From: Sphingobacteriales bacterium
Lineage (GTDB): Bacteria; Bacteroidota; Bacteroidia; Chitinophagales; UBA2359
Reading direction: 5' to 3'
NCBI GenBank assembly: GCA_016700115.1
Contig: CP064999.1
Coordinates: 1,346,865-1,410,864 of the forward strand
DNA length: 64,000 nt
The notes beneath the pieces were generated by a model. That model made no database searches. It was not told where the DNA came from and was given only the letters and a program-made list of their open reading frames with translations. The translations under genes and the position numbers were made by a program. Below are positions 1 through 9,100 of this stretch, piece by piece. Position 1 is the first letter of the stretch. Each line of letters opens with the position of its first letter.

Positions 1-298
1 TGAAGTGAGTATCCCTTATGCCGTTTTAGAAACAGACCCAACCCAAAACAGAATCCTTTCTTTTAAAGAAAAACCTGTTTACACCTACCAATCCAACGCA
101 GGAATTTACCTCCTTAAACAAAGTATGTTGGCTTATATTCCTCATAACCAATATTACAACGCCACCGACCTGATCGAAACTTTAATTCTGGAAGGAAAAC
201 AAGTGGGGTATTATCCGATTTTGGGATATTGGTTAGATATTGGAAATCCCGCCGATTACAAAAAAGCTCAGGAGGATATAAAACATATCCGGTTTTAG
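1..298 (+). CDS. sugar-phosphate nucleotidyltransferase, C-terminal part (5' end lies upstream of window)
   Basis: The ORF track begins at 5 but the frame is open to the window edge. The C-terminal motifs GIYLL...YNATD...GYWLDIGNPADY are typical of NTP_transferase (G1P thymidylyl/guanylyltransferase-like) enzymes. Confidence 0.5.
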   Translation, partial: EVSIPYAVLETDPTQNRILSFKEKPVYTYQSNAGIYLLKQSMLAYIPHNQYYNATDLIETLILEGKQVGYYPILGYWLDIGNPADYKKAQEDIKHIRF

Positions 299-424
299 CT
301 TAAATTCTTTTCTTATATTCCAACAGCCTCTGATTGTTTTTCGGGGGCTGTTTTGCTTTTTGGAAAGGGGTATTTCCCGGCAAAATCACAGGGGTTTTAA
401 AAAAAAGTTGAAAAAAACCTCCAA

Positions 425-476
425 ACCACGGTTACGAAATTCCGCCCCAATGTACCAACCTACGAAAACCGAAAGC
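425..476 (+). promoter_or_regulatory. conserved upstream motif (TTCCGCCCCAATGTACCAACCTACGAAAACCGAAAG) 67 bp before the small secreted-protein gene
   Basis: The same ~40-nt motif sits at the same distance upstream of the paralogs at 12155 and 13368. It is followed by a G-poor A/C-rich leader. Its function is inferred only. Confidence 0.35.
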
Positions 477-541
477 AAACAAAAACCAAAAACAATATCA
501 ACTCTTTAAATTTAACAAAACCAAAAAACAAAACAATCACC

Positions 542-1075
542 ATGAGAAAGTTAATGAATTTCGCAGCAGTCGCTATCGCTCTTTTGAGCAGTTTCTTTGC
601 AACGTCTAACGCTCAGGCACAAACTATCCTTGCCACTCCGAGCCTTACTCCCGAACAAGTGGTGAACTATGTGGTTCAAAACTACAACAACGTGTCGTTT
701 TCAATCGCCACCAACGAAACCGCCGATGCCAAAATTATCCCCGTCAGCACTTGGGCAACCGGAAGCATGACCAAAACCAACGCCGCTTGTAAATCATTGA
801 AAAGCGCACCCACCAACCGCTACCACACGCAAGCCGACTACACCGATGATTTGTTCGACCAACAAGATCAGGTAGAACTGACCCTTAAAGGAACAGGCTG
901 TGCCGGCGAGGCTACGTTGAAAAGAGGAGCCACTGTGTTCAACATCACCATAATGGGCGTAATTAAAGGCACTCCCGGAGCAAACGGAAAAGACACTTAC
1001 CTGCTCTATGGTACTTACGGAAACGGCAGAAGCTTCATCACCATCAGTTTGTGGAACTATGTTCCGGTAGGATAA
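542..1075 (+). CDS. small secreted protein, paralog family member 1 (signal peptide MRKLMNFAAVAIALLSSFFATSNAQAQ, 2 Cys), unknown function
   Basis: Clear Sec signal peptide. Near-identical paralogs at 12155..12688 and 13368..13901 plus a 3' fragment at 11236..11490. A strong rho-independent terminator follows. Confidence 0.75.
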   Translation: MRKLMNFAAVAIALLSSFFATSNAQAQTILATPSLTPEQVVNYVVQNYNNVSFSIATNETADAKIIPVSTWATGSMTKTNAACKSLKSAPTNRYHTQADYTDDLFDQQDQVELTLKGTGCAGEATLKRGATVFNITIMGVIKGTPGANGKDTYLLYGTYGNGRSFITISLWNYVPVG

Positions 1076-1101
1076 TCTCCCCCCGCTAACCAAAATACCA
1101 A

Positions 1102-1137
1102 CAGCCCCCGACAGTTTTTGTCGGGGGCTGTTTTTGA
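1102..1137 (+). terminator. rho-independent terminator (CAGCCCCCGACA-GTTTT-TGTCGGGGGCTG + T5)
   Basis: Perfect 12-bp GC-rich stem with a T-run directly after the stop of 542..1075. The same hairpin recurs after each paralog. Confidence 0.8.
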
Positions 1138-1177
1138 TTTGGGGTGAGGTGTTGATGGTAACAATAAGCATTTCTCT

Positions 1178-3319
1178 CTACCGCACCACCGCCACCTTCC
1201 CCCGCGCCAAAACTGCACCGCCGCCATATCCGCCCTTGTCAGTGCCCCCGTTATTGCCATTGCCGCCGTTATTGCCGTTGTCGCCGTTGTCAGTGTCCCC
1301 ACTGACGACACCATCCGCACCACTCACAACATAAAAATACACCCCCACCGGCAAATGAGCAACCGAAAGGCTATGACTTGTCTGTCCTGCCGGAATGGTT
1401 GTGTGTAAAACTTGTTGACCGGTTGGGGAGAAGAGAGATATCTCTAAGACCCCTAAATCCCCTGAAGGGAACTTTGACCCTTCGGGTAGGGCAAAGGTTA
1501 TGGTGTTTGTGGCGGGGTTGGGATATACTACCACCCCTTGCCCCTCCGAAGGAGGGGAATTTTCAGGGATGCCCACCGGTTTTGCTATCGCTATTGTTTC
1601 GGTATAAACCGAAGTGTCCTGACACACGATAACTGTTAAGGTAACGGTAAAGTTGCCGTTGTCGGGGTAGGTGTGAACTGGGTGTTCTTCGGAAACCGGC
1701 GGGCTGCCGTCTCCGAAATCCCAGATGCAGTAGCCTCCTTGGGAGAAGTATGTGTTTTGGCTCAGGTTGGTGAACAACACGGTGTAATTTAATATTTCGT
1801 GACCGAAAGCTGCCTGCGGATTTGGCTCGAAATCTATGCACGCGGCACGGGTGAGAGTTGAAGTATCGTTGCAAACTATGGCTTGTAGGGTAACCGGGAA
1901 TAGCCCGGCGGACTGATAAGTATGAGTGGGCAGGCTGCCGCTGCAAGGTTCGTAGCCCTGACCACAAAGCAAGGGTGGGCTGCCGTCTCCCCAATCTAAA
2001 ATATAATGCCCCCCGTCTATACTGTCTGGATAAACATATTGACTTTGATTGGCAAAGGCTATGACATGGGGCATAGATAGATAAGGTAACGCTAAAAAAT
2101 CAGCCTTTGGCTCTGTAAGCAAACCCATGCAGTTTAAGCGCACCAACCAGGCGTCTGCCCCCCCTGAAGGTGCGCTACTTTCTGTTCTTCCACAAAGCAC
2201 ATAACCGCTTTTACCACTTTGGTCGTGGTTTTGGACTATGGCATCATAAACATAATCATCGCCATTTCCGCCAAATTGCCGTCGCCATAGTAAATTGCCC
2301 TCTTTATCTAACTTAACTATTTCGGCATCTAAATTGTATAAACCATTGTTCAAATAGAAACCATTAGCCAAAAAAAAGCTGCTGTCAGACAATTGAATTA
2401 AGGAAGGACCTATCCCACCTCTAAAGTATTGATCTTTTATCCATTCGGTTTGAAACTGGGCGTTGAGTTTGTGCGTGTAGCTTATGCGCGTGGAAATATC
2501 GGGTTTGTCTGCCACATAGCTAAACATGATGCCGCCATCGGAAGTGGAAATGATATTTCCTGCCACATCACGAGACATCCATGAAGAAGTAGTGGGATTA
2601 TATACCTGATGCCATTGCCAGTTGCCAAGAGAGTCTATTTTGATAAGGGCAATATCGCCAGTGTCACCAGCATAGTTGATAGTGGCAAGAAGATAGGCAC
2701 ATCCGTCGGGTGTGGCGGCTATATCTTGTATCCAGTTAGATTTATTAGTAGTGTTAAAGTAATAGTAAACTGTATCTAACATGACTTCGGCTGTGGTGGG
2801 GTATAGTTTAACTAATTGTAATCGCTTTCCTGGTGAGCTAATTTCGTTGTGATATCCCCCAACATATAATATGCCATTCGTACTTAAGGCAGATGTTATA
2901 CCATTATTGCTACTCCCTCCACCTCCAAACATAATATTTTCAAAATTACTATTGCTCTGAATTATTGATATGTTTAAATGCCAAGGCGTGTATTCATCAA
3001 CAGCTAAAGAACCAATAGCAATATAACTGCCTTGGAAAATTTCTAAATCTGTAAATTTCCCCTGTAAACTGTCCGGCGCTACACTTAATATAGAAACAAG
3101 ATTGCCTTCGGAATCTGTTTCTAATAAATATGGTTTCCATTTATTAGTCGTATTATTTCTTACTTCACATGAAAACGCATATCCACCATCTTCTTTTTGT
3201 TTAATGCTCCACGCATTATGAATATCCAACCAACTTACGCCTTTGCTAAAATACTTAGCGGGCTGTGCGTAGGAAAATAATGGAAGAACAATTAACCATA
3301 TTAACAATGACATTCTCAT
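1178..3319 (-). CDS. T9SS C-terminal-domain cargo protein A1 (beta-propeller-like N-half, two PKD-like GDGSPP modules, CTD with Gly/Asn-rich insert)
   Basis: Probable start at the internal MRMSLLIWLIVLPLFSYAQ signal peptide (the ORF track extends to 3379). The C-terminal ~330 aa are nearly identical to 3929..6061. The CTD is YPNPATNTITF...VAHLPVGVYFYVV...VLARGKVAVVR. Confidence 0.75.
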   Translation of the reverse strand: MRMSLLIWLIVLPLFSYAQPAKYFSKGVSWLDIHNAWSIKQKEDGGYAFSCEVRNNTTNKWKPYLLETDSEGNLVSILSVAPDSLQGKFTDLEIFQGSYIAIGSLAVDEYTPWHLNISIIQSNSNFENIMFGGGGSSNNGITSALSTNGILYVGGYHNEISSPGKRLQLVKLYPTTAEVMLDTVYYYFNTTNKSNWIQDIAATPDGCAYLLATINYAGDTGDIALIKIDSLGNWQWHQVYNPTTSSWMSRDVAGNIISTSDGGIMFSYVADKPDISTRISYTHKLNAQFQTEWIKDQYFRGGIGPSLIQLSDSSFFLANGFYLNNGLYNLDAEIVKLDKEGNLLWRRQFGGNGDDYVYDAIVQNHDQSGKSGYVLCGRTESSAPSGGADAWLVRLNCMGLLTEPKADFLALPYLSMPHVIAFANQSQYVYPDSIDGGHYILDWGDGSPPLLCGQGYEPCSGSLPTHTYQSAGLFPVTLQAIVCNDTSTLTRAACIDFEPNPQAAFGHEILNYTVLFTNLSQNTYFSQGGYCIWDFGDGSPPVSEEHPVHTYPDNGNFTVTLTVIVCQDTSVYTETIAIAKPVGIPENSPPSEGQGVVVYPNPATNTITFALPEGSKFPSGDLGVLEISLFSPTGQQVLHTTIPAGQTSHSLSVAHLPVGVYFYVVSGADGVVSGDTDNGDNGNNGGNGNNGGTDKGGYGGGAVLARGKVAVVR

Positions 3320-3385
3320 TTTAGTGAAATTAATTTTAAAGCCGGAGCTAAAATAACTCCGGCTATAAATGTTATACAATACTAA

Positions 3386-3850
3386 CTACTTAATCACAGA
3401 TAGTTTGCTGTTGCGGAAAACCGTACCATTTACGCTAAAAACACAGAAATATAAGCCGGTTTGAAAATTGCTTATATCAACATTTTGACTGGATTCGCCT
3501 ATAAAAACATAGTTACCCATTTCTTTGCCCATTAAAGAAAAGATTTGAAGTGTTCCTGTTTCTCCTGTTTGCAAATGATGACTAAAACTTACATTGTTTT
3601 GAGTTGGATTTGGATAAAGGGCAGATATCCTGTCCTGTCCGCCTTTAAACGAGCTATACCAGTTATCGCCTCCGCTTGCAAGGGCAGGCAACACTACCGG
3701 AAAATCTGTTCCCCGTGCGGCATATAAAATTGCTTGTGCCTTATAACTTGTCTTTGTCCCGCTTCCGGCTATTTCCAACAATTGTTCTTCTTCGGAATTT
3801 GTTATTGCAAATATGGTGCGGTTTCTTTGAGAGTCCATAATTTTCTGCAA
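3386..3850 (-). pseudogene. remnant/cassette: 154-aa T9SS CTD fragment paralogous to the C-terminus of the giant protein 6117..10958; no signal peptide
   Basis: The block SGTKTSYKAQAILYAARGTDFPVVLPALASGGDNWYSSFK is identical to the giant protein. It retains the YPNP...GLYF...KLSVIK CTD but lacks an N-terminal signal peptide. Confidence 0.5.
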
Positions 3851-3928
3851 TATGGTTTGGACAAAGATAATTGTTTTGATAATTGCCTGTATTTGCCAAA
3901 ACTATAAGGTTTAAACTCCAAATCAAAA

Positions 3929-6061
3929 CTACCGCACCACCGCCACCTTCCCCCGCGCCAACACTGCACCGCCGCCATATCCGCCCTTGTCAGTGCCCCC
4001 GTTATTGCCATTGTCGCCGTTATTGCCGTTGTCAGTGTCCCCACTGACGACACCATCCGCACCACTCACAACATAAAAATACACCCCCACCGGCAAATGA
4101 GCAACCGAAAGGCTATGACTTGTCTGTCCTGCCGGAATGGTTGTGTGTAAAACTTGTTGACCGGTTGGGGAGAAGAGAGATATCTCTAAGACCCCTAAAT
4201 CCCCTGAAGGGAACTTTGACCCTTCGGGTAGGGCGAAGGTTATGGTGTTTGTGGCGGGGTTGGGATATACTACCACCCCTTGCCCCTCCGAAGGAGGGGA
4301 ATTTTCAGGGATGCCCACCGGTTTTGCTATGGCAATGGTTTCGGTATAAACCGAAGTGTCCTGACACACGACAACTGTTAAGGTAACGGTAAAGTTGCCG
4401 TTGTCGGGGTAGGTGTGAACTGGGTGTTCTTCGGAAACCGGCGGGCTGCCGTCTCCGAAATCCCAGATGCAGTAGCCTCCTTGGGAGAAGTAAGTGTTTT
4501 GGCTCAGATTGGTGAACAACACGGTGTAATTTAATATTTCGTGACCGAAAGCCGCCTGCGGATTTGGCTCGAAATCTATGCACGCGGCACGGGTGAGAGT
4601 TGAAGTATCGTTGCAAACAACGGCTTGGAGGGTAACGGGGAACAGCCCGGCGGACTGATAAGTATGAGTGGGCAGGCTGCCGCTGCAAGGTTCGTAGCCC
4701 TGCCCGCAAAGCAGGGGCGGGCTGCCGTCGCCCCAATCCAAGATATAATGCCCCCCGTCTATACTGTCTGGATAGACATACTGGCTTTGATTGGCAAAGG
4801 CTATGACATGGGGCATGGACGGGTATGGCAGCGCCAAAAAATCAGCCTTTGGCTCTGTTAGCAAACCCATGCAGTTTAAGCGTACCAACCATGCATCTGC
4901 TCTGCCGGGGGGTAAATCGCTCTCGGTTCTGCCACATAAGACATAGCCACTTTTGCCGCTGTAATCGTGGTTTTGGACGATGAGGTCGTAAAAATAGTTG
5001 TTTTTATTGCCGCCATATACCCGCCGCCAGAGTGTATTTCCGTCTTCGTCTAATTTTGTAATCTCTCCTTGTGCCTTTTGGTTATTCGGATTCATACTCC
5101 AACCTCCAATTACAATGCTTTGGTCTGTTATTTCTACTAGTCCAATAGGCTCTCCTTTATGAAAATTAACTTGATTATGCCACTGTGTCGTAAATTGTGG
5201 TGTAAGTTTAAATATTTCACCAAAAGCCTGTGAGTTACTTGATTGTTTTCCCGAAAAGACTAATCCTCCATCTTGAGTAGTGATTATACTACCTGCCACA
5301 TCACGAGAAAGCAATGAAGAGATGTTGAGGTTATACACCTGATGCCACTGCCAGTTACCAAGCGAATCTATTTTTATGAGGGCAATATCACCAGTACCAC
5401 TGACATTATAATTTACAGTAGCCAGTAAGTAAGCACCTCCATCGAGGGTTGTTGCTATATCTTGTATCCAGTTTAAGGTGTATTGAGTGTTGAAGTAGGT
5501 ATAGATGGTGTCAATTAGAGGCATGCCTGTTGCTAAACTAATTTTATTAAAATATAAGTTAAAGCCGTCTGAATCTAGCTTTTCAATCCAGCCACCTACT
5601 AATATCAAACTATCGTAAGTTACTGATGCACAATAGGTTTGATTCTGTTGTAATTGCCATTCCTCATTCGAGATGCTATTACTAATCTCCAAATTTTCAT
5701 TTAACAGGAAAAACAAACTAAATCCGGTTTCGGTATTTAGATTTTTTGCAGCATTTACCAAAAAGTAATTGTTGTTGTTGTTATAGGCTATTAAATCCTG
5801 CACATTGCTTTCAAAAAAGGATCCTATATAGTCTGTTCTATTCCAGTTCGTTCCGTCAATATTAACATTAGCAGTGAAAGAAACTACTAATTCTGTAGAT
5901 AGGCTTCTGAATGAACCGCCTAAAACATAAACAGAGTCTCTTTGTAATATTTTTTTAGCTTGTTGCACATCTACCCATGAATAATTTTGCATAAAATAGG
6001 GCTGTGAATTTGCTATGAAAACATTCAATAAGCATAAAACAAGAAAAATTAAAATTTGCAT
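3929..6061 (-). CDS. T9SS C-terminal-domain cargo protein A2 (paralog of 1178..3319)
   Basis: Signal peptide MQILIFLVLCLLNVFIANSQ. The C-terminal half is almost identical to A1, including the PKD-like modules and the G/N-rich CTD insert. The N-terminal half is diverged. Confidence 0.8.
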   Translation of the reverse strand: MQILIFLVLCLLNVFIANSQPYFMQNYSWVDVQQAKKILQRDSVYVLGGSFRSLSTELVVSFTANVNIDGTNWNRTDYIGSFFESNVQDLIAYNNNNNYFLVNAAKNLNTETGFSLFFLLNENLEISNSISNEEWQLQQNQTYCASVTYDSLILVGGWIEKLDSDGFNLYFNKISLATGMPLIDTIYTYFNTQYTLNWIQDIATTLDGGAYLLATVNYNVSGTGDIALIKIDSLGNWQWHQVYNLNISSLLSRDVAGSIITTQDGGLVFSGKQSSNSQAFGEIFKLTPQFTTQWHNQVNFHKGEPIGLVEITDQSIVIGGWSMNPNNQKAQGEITKLDEDGNTLWRRVYGGNKNNYFYDLIVQNHDYSGKSGYVLCGRTESDLPPGRADAWLVRLNCMGLLTEPKADFLALPYPSMPHVIAFANQSQYVYPDSIDGGHYILDWGDGSPPLLCGQGYEPCSGSLPTHTYQSAGLFPVTLQAVVCNDTSTLTRAACIDFEPNPQAAFGHEILNYTVLFTNLSQNTYFSQGGYCIWDFGDGSPPVSEEHPVHTYPDNGNFTVTLTVVVCQDTSVYTETIAIAKPVGIPENSPPSEGQGVVVYPNPATNTITFALPEGSKFPSGDLGVLEISLFSPTGQQVLHTTIPAGQTSHSLSVAHLPVGVYFYVVSGADGVVSGDTDNGNNGDNGNNGGTDKGGYGGGAVLARGKVAVVR

Positions 6062-6116
6062 TTTAGTTTATGAAATGCCACGCAATTTTTAATTGCGTGG
6101 CATTAATTTAAAGATG

Positions 6117-9100
6117 TTATTTAATGACTATAAACTTGTTATTAACAACCGGTTTTCCATTAATACTAACCGTATAAAAATACAAGCCTGAGGTGTATTT
6201 ATGAATATCCAACAGATAATTACCACTATGAGTAAATACAGTAGTTTCCAAAATCTGCCCTAAAGGACTATAAAAAGAAAATATTGCCTCTTCTCCTGTT
6301 TGCAATTCATAACTAATGGTTGCAGTATAGTTTGATGGGTTGGGATAAAGTGGCGATATTTTGCTATTTACACTTTTAAAGGAACTATACCAGTTATCGC
6401 CCCCGCTTGCCAAGGCAGGAAGCACCACCGGAAAATCTGTACCTCGAGCAGCATATAAAATTGCTTGTGCCTTATAGCTTGTCTTTGTCCCGCTTTCGGC
6501 TATGTCTAAAAGTAGGTCTTCTTCTGCCTGAGAGATTTCAAAAATAGTTCTGTTATCGGCACGCAGGTCTAAAAGCAGTTGGTTTAGCTCAGTAAATCGG
6601 ATGTCTTCCTCTTTATCAGCACTAATCTGGTCAAGCAGGTTCTGAGCTATGACAAGGCTATCAACGCCTATATAATAAGGGATAAGGCGGCGTTGGGCTA
6701 TAAGACTTGTATTATGCCGGCGCAACAAATCTATGGCTTCGGTATAGCTGCTATCTGCCAATAGGCGCAAAATTTCTTGCGCAAGGTCGCGGTCGTCCAT
6801 AATTTCCAATCCTACATATTCGCTTACATCTTCAAAGGGAGTATATCCTTGGTTTGAACAATAAGGATTTAAGTCAATGGGGTTACAATCAAACGCTGAA
6901 AAACCACCTAAAGAGGAGAGGTCTGTTACTGAGAGCGTAGTAGCATCTACATCGTAATATATGAGGGTTTCTACACCAAACCCACCGAAAAGTTCGGGAC
7001 CAAGTCTTACATCCGAAACGCCCATGCCTGCGGCAGCCATAAAGGTGTTGGCGGCTGGGATTTGGTCAAAATCATCACACAATCCTTGTTGTGGCAAGAT
7101 GCCATTGGAAGAGGAGAATGCCCGATGATCTAATCCGTGCAGGAGGTAATCTAAAAGGTGGTTGCACCATAGTTGTGCCTGTGAGTTGTCACCCTCTGTA
7201 ATGATAGCTTCCATGGTGTTGTTTACCAAATTACCGGCTATTAGTGTGCCAGTAACATCGCTTTGGTTGAGAATAATGCCAAAATGGGTGCGGTGCAAAA
7301 AGTTGTTTACACAATATACATTAGATCCTCGGAAGTAAAATCCGGCGGTAAGATCTGCAAAAGCGAGGATGCTGTTGCCGGTTTCGTTTACGATGTTGTC
7401 CGTTATTCTGCAAAACTCATTACCATCCACTTGTACTGAGAGTTGGCAGTCGGTAAACTCGTTGTCTGAAATAGTGCTGTACTGGGACATTAAGTCCTTA
7501 TAGTGTCTGGAAGAAATACCCACTACATCGTTTTCAAATTTGCTTCCGGAGACTACCAAACTGTTTATAAAATTAGCCCTTACTCCATACTTCTGTTTTT
7601 CGAAAAAACAATTGATGATGCCCACCCTGTCGCACCAATGGGCATAGATACCTGCTTCGGGTTGTGTGGTGATGGCATTAAAAGGGAACCAAAGCGTTGA
7701 GGATGGGTAGAGAAACTCATTATCCTGAAAAGTATAAGGCAACAAATTGTTCCAACTGACATTGATGCCTTGGAAACAACCGGTAAAGCTGGAGGAAATT
7801 ATGTTGAGCAAGCCACCTGATGTAGATTTGGCGGGAACATCTTCAAATAATGAAGGCAATACCAGCGAAGAAATGTTAAAATAAGGGTTATTGGGTGGCG
7901 AAATATCGGCCATTTCGGCATTGTTGAGCGGGGCTAAGTTCATATTGACAACACCTAATACGGCATTTTTCACGTGAGACTGTTCCATAGATAATTTACC
8001 CGCATTGTTAGAATTGGGTTGAATGTCCATGCCTGGTCCTTCTACCTGTATTCCTGTCCACATCACTTCACACACTCCGTCAATAATGGTATTCTTGAGA
8101 GCTAAAGTGGCACCGGGTTGTACTAAAATTCGTTTATCCGGGGCAAATAAGAGTTGCATACCGTCAATTGTCAGGTCTATTCCTTGCGGAATTACCAAGT
8201 CCACATTAAAGGAAATAACAGGCAAAGAGCCGGTAATACTGACAAAGGGGTGTGAACCGGGTTCCCATGTTTGAGAAGAGGAAGGTGCATAACTGATTCT
8301 ATCTTCACCATACTCGCTCAGGGTATATACTTCGGGATTACCGGTGTTTACGGTGAAGAAGTTGGTCATATCAAGGCAATCATAAGGAGGATCTATGGGG
8401 CCGCAGTCTATAATGGTTAGAACAACCTCCAATCCCTCGCTGTTTGGAAAAGTACAGTAAAGTTGATTGGTGGAAGCATCAACATTGGTAAGTTCCGCAG
8501 TAATAGTAACCTGTTGTCCGTCGGTAAAAGCTATACCCACTAATAGGTTGAGGTCAATCGTAATGCATGGATCGTCATAAGAAAGGGTAACTTCTGCTGT
8601 TCCTGTTTCGGTGAATAAGCCGCCCGGTATGACAGATATTCCGGGAATTGCGGACACATTGGTTTGAATTGTGGTATTGACGACACTCCCAATGTCGGAA
8701 TTTTCGAAGCAGAGGGTATATGGAATACTCACCGAAGTGCCTCGGCAAATTTCATCGGGATCGTCAGCAGCAATGTTCACTTTACCCTTACATTCTAAAT
8801 AGGCTTCGAGGTTGTCAATAACAAGGTATTGAGTCTGAATGTTTCCATCTACAAAATTACCAACAGAATTGTTTCCGGTAAGCAGTAAAGTTGTAATATC
8901 AAAACCGGTATTATTTGTCCATGTAAAAGTATAAAATGGCGTTTGGGTGAAATCTAGTGTACTGAGCGTTGGGTTGATTATAGAACTAAGTGGAGAACTT
9001 GTTACAATGGGATCTTGAAGTTCTATACCACAAGGTTCTGTGGTCATATTGAAATGATAAACAGGTGGCGTACAAATTGATGATGTCGGCGTTATACAAT

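Noticed and set aside
1134-1334. 66-aa Pro-rich ORF on plus strand
   Set aside because: It is the reverse complement of the Gly/Asn-rich CTD tail of 1178..3319. This is a low-complexity artefact.
1563-1994. Arg-rich ORFs antisense to the T9SS genes (1563..1994, 4305..4736, 23034..23411, 1057..1323, 3802..4065, 18312..18575, 23228..23491 and others)
   Set aside because: These are opposite-strand or alternate-frame ORFs inside long well-supported genes. They have a biased Arg/Pro/Gly composition typical of spurious frames, and they are duplicated only because the underlying real genes are duplicated.
3319-3379. N-terminal 20-codon extension (MYNIYSRSYFSSGFKINFTK) of T9SS gene A1, and the similar extension of B2 (24509..24562)
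   Set aside because: The downstream Met begins a canonical signal peptide, and the extension would bury it. I preferred the internal start.
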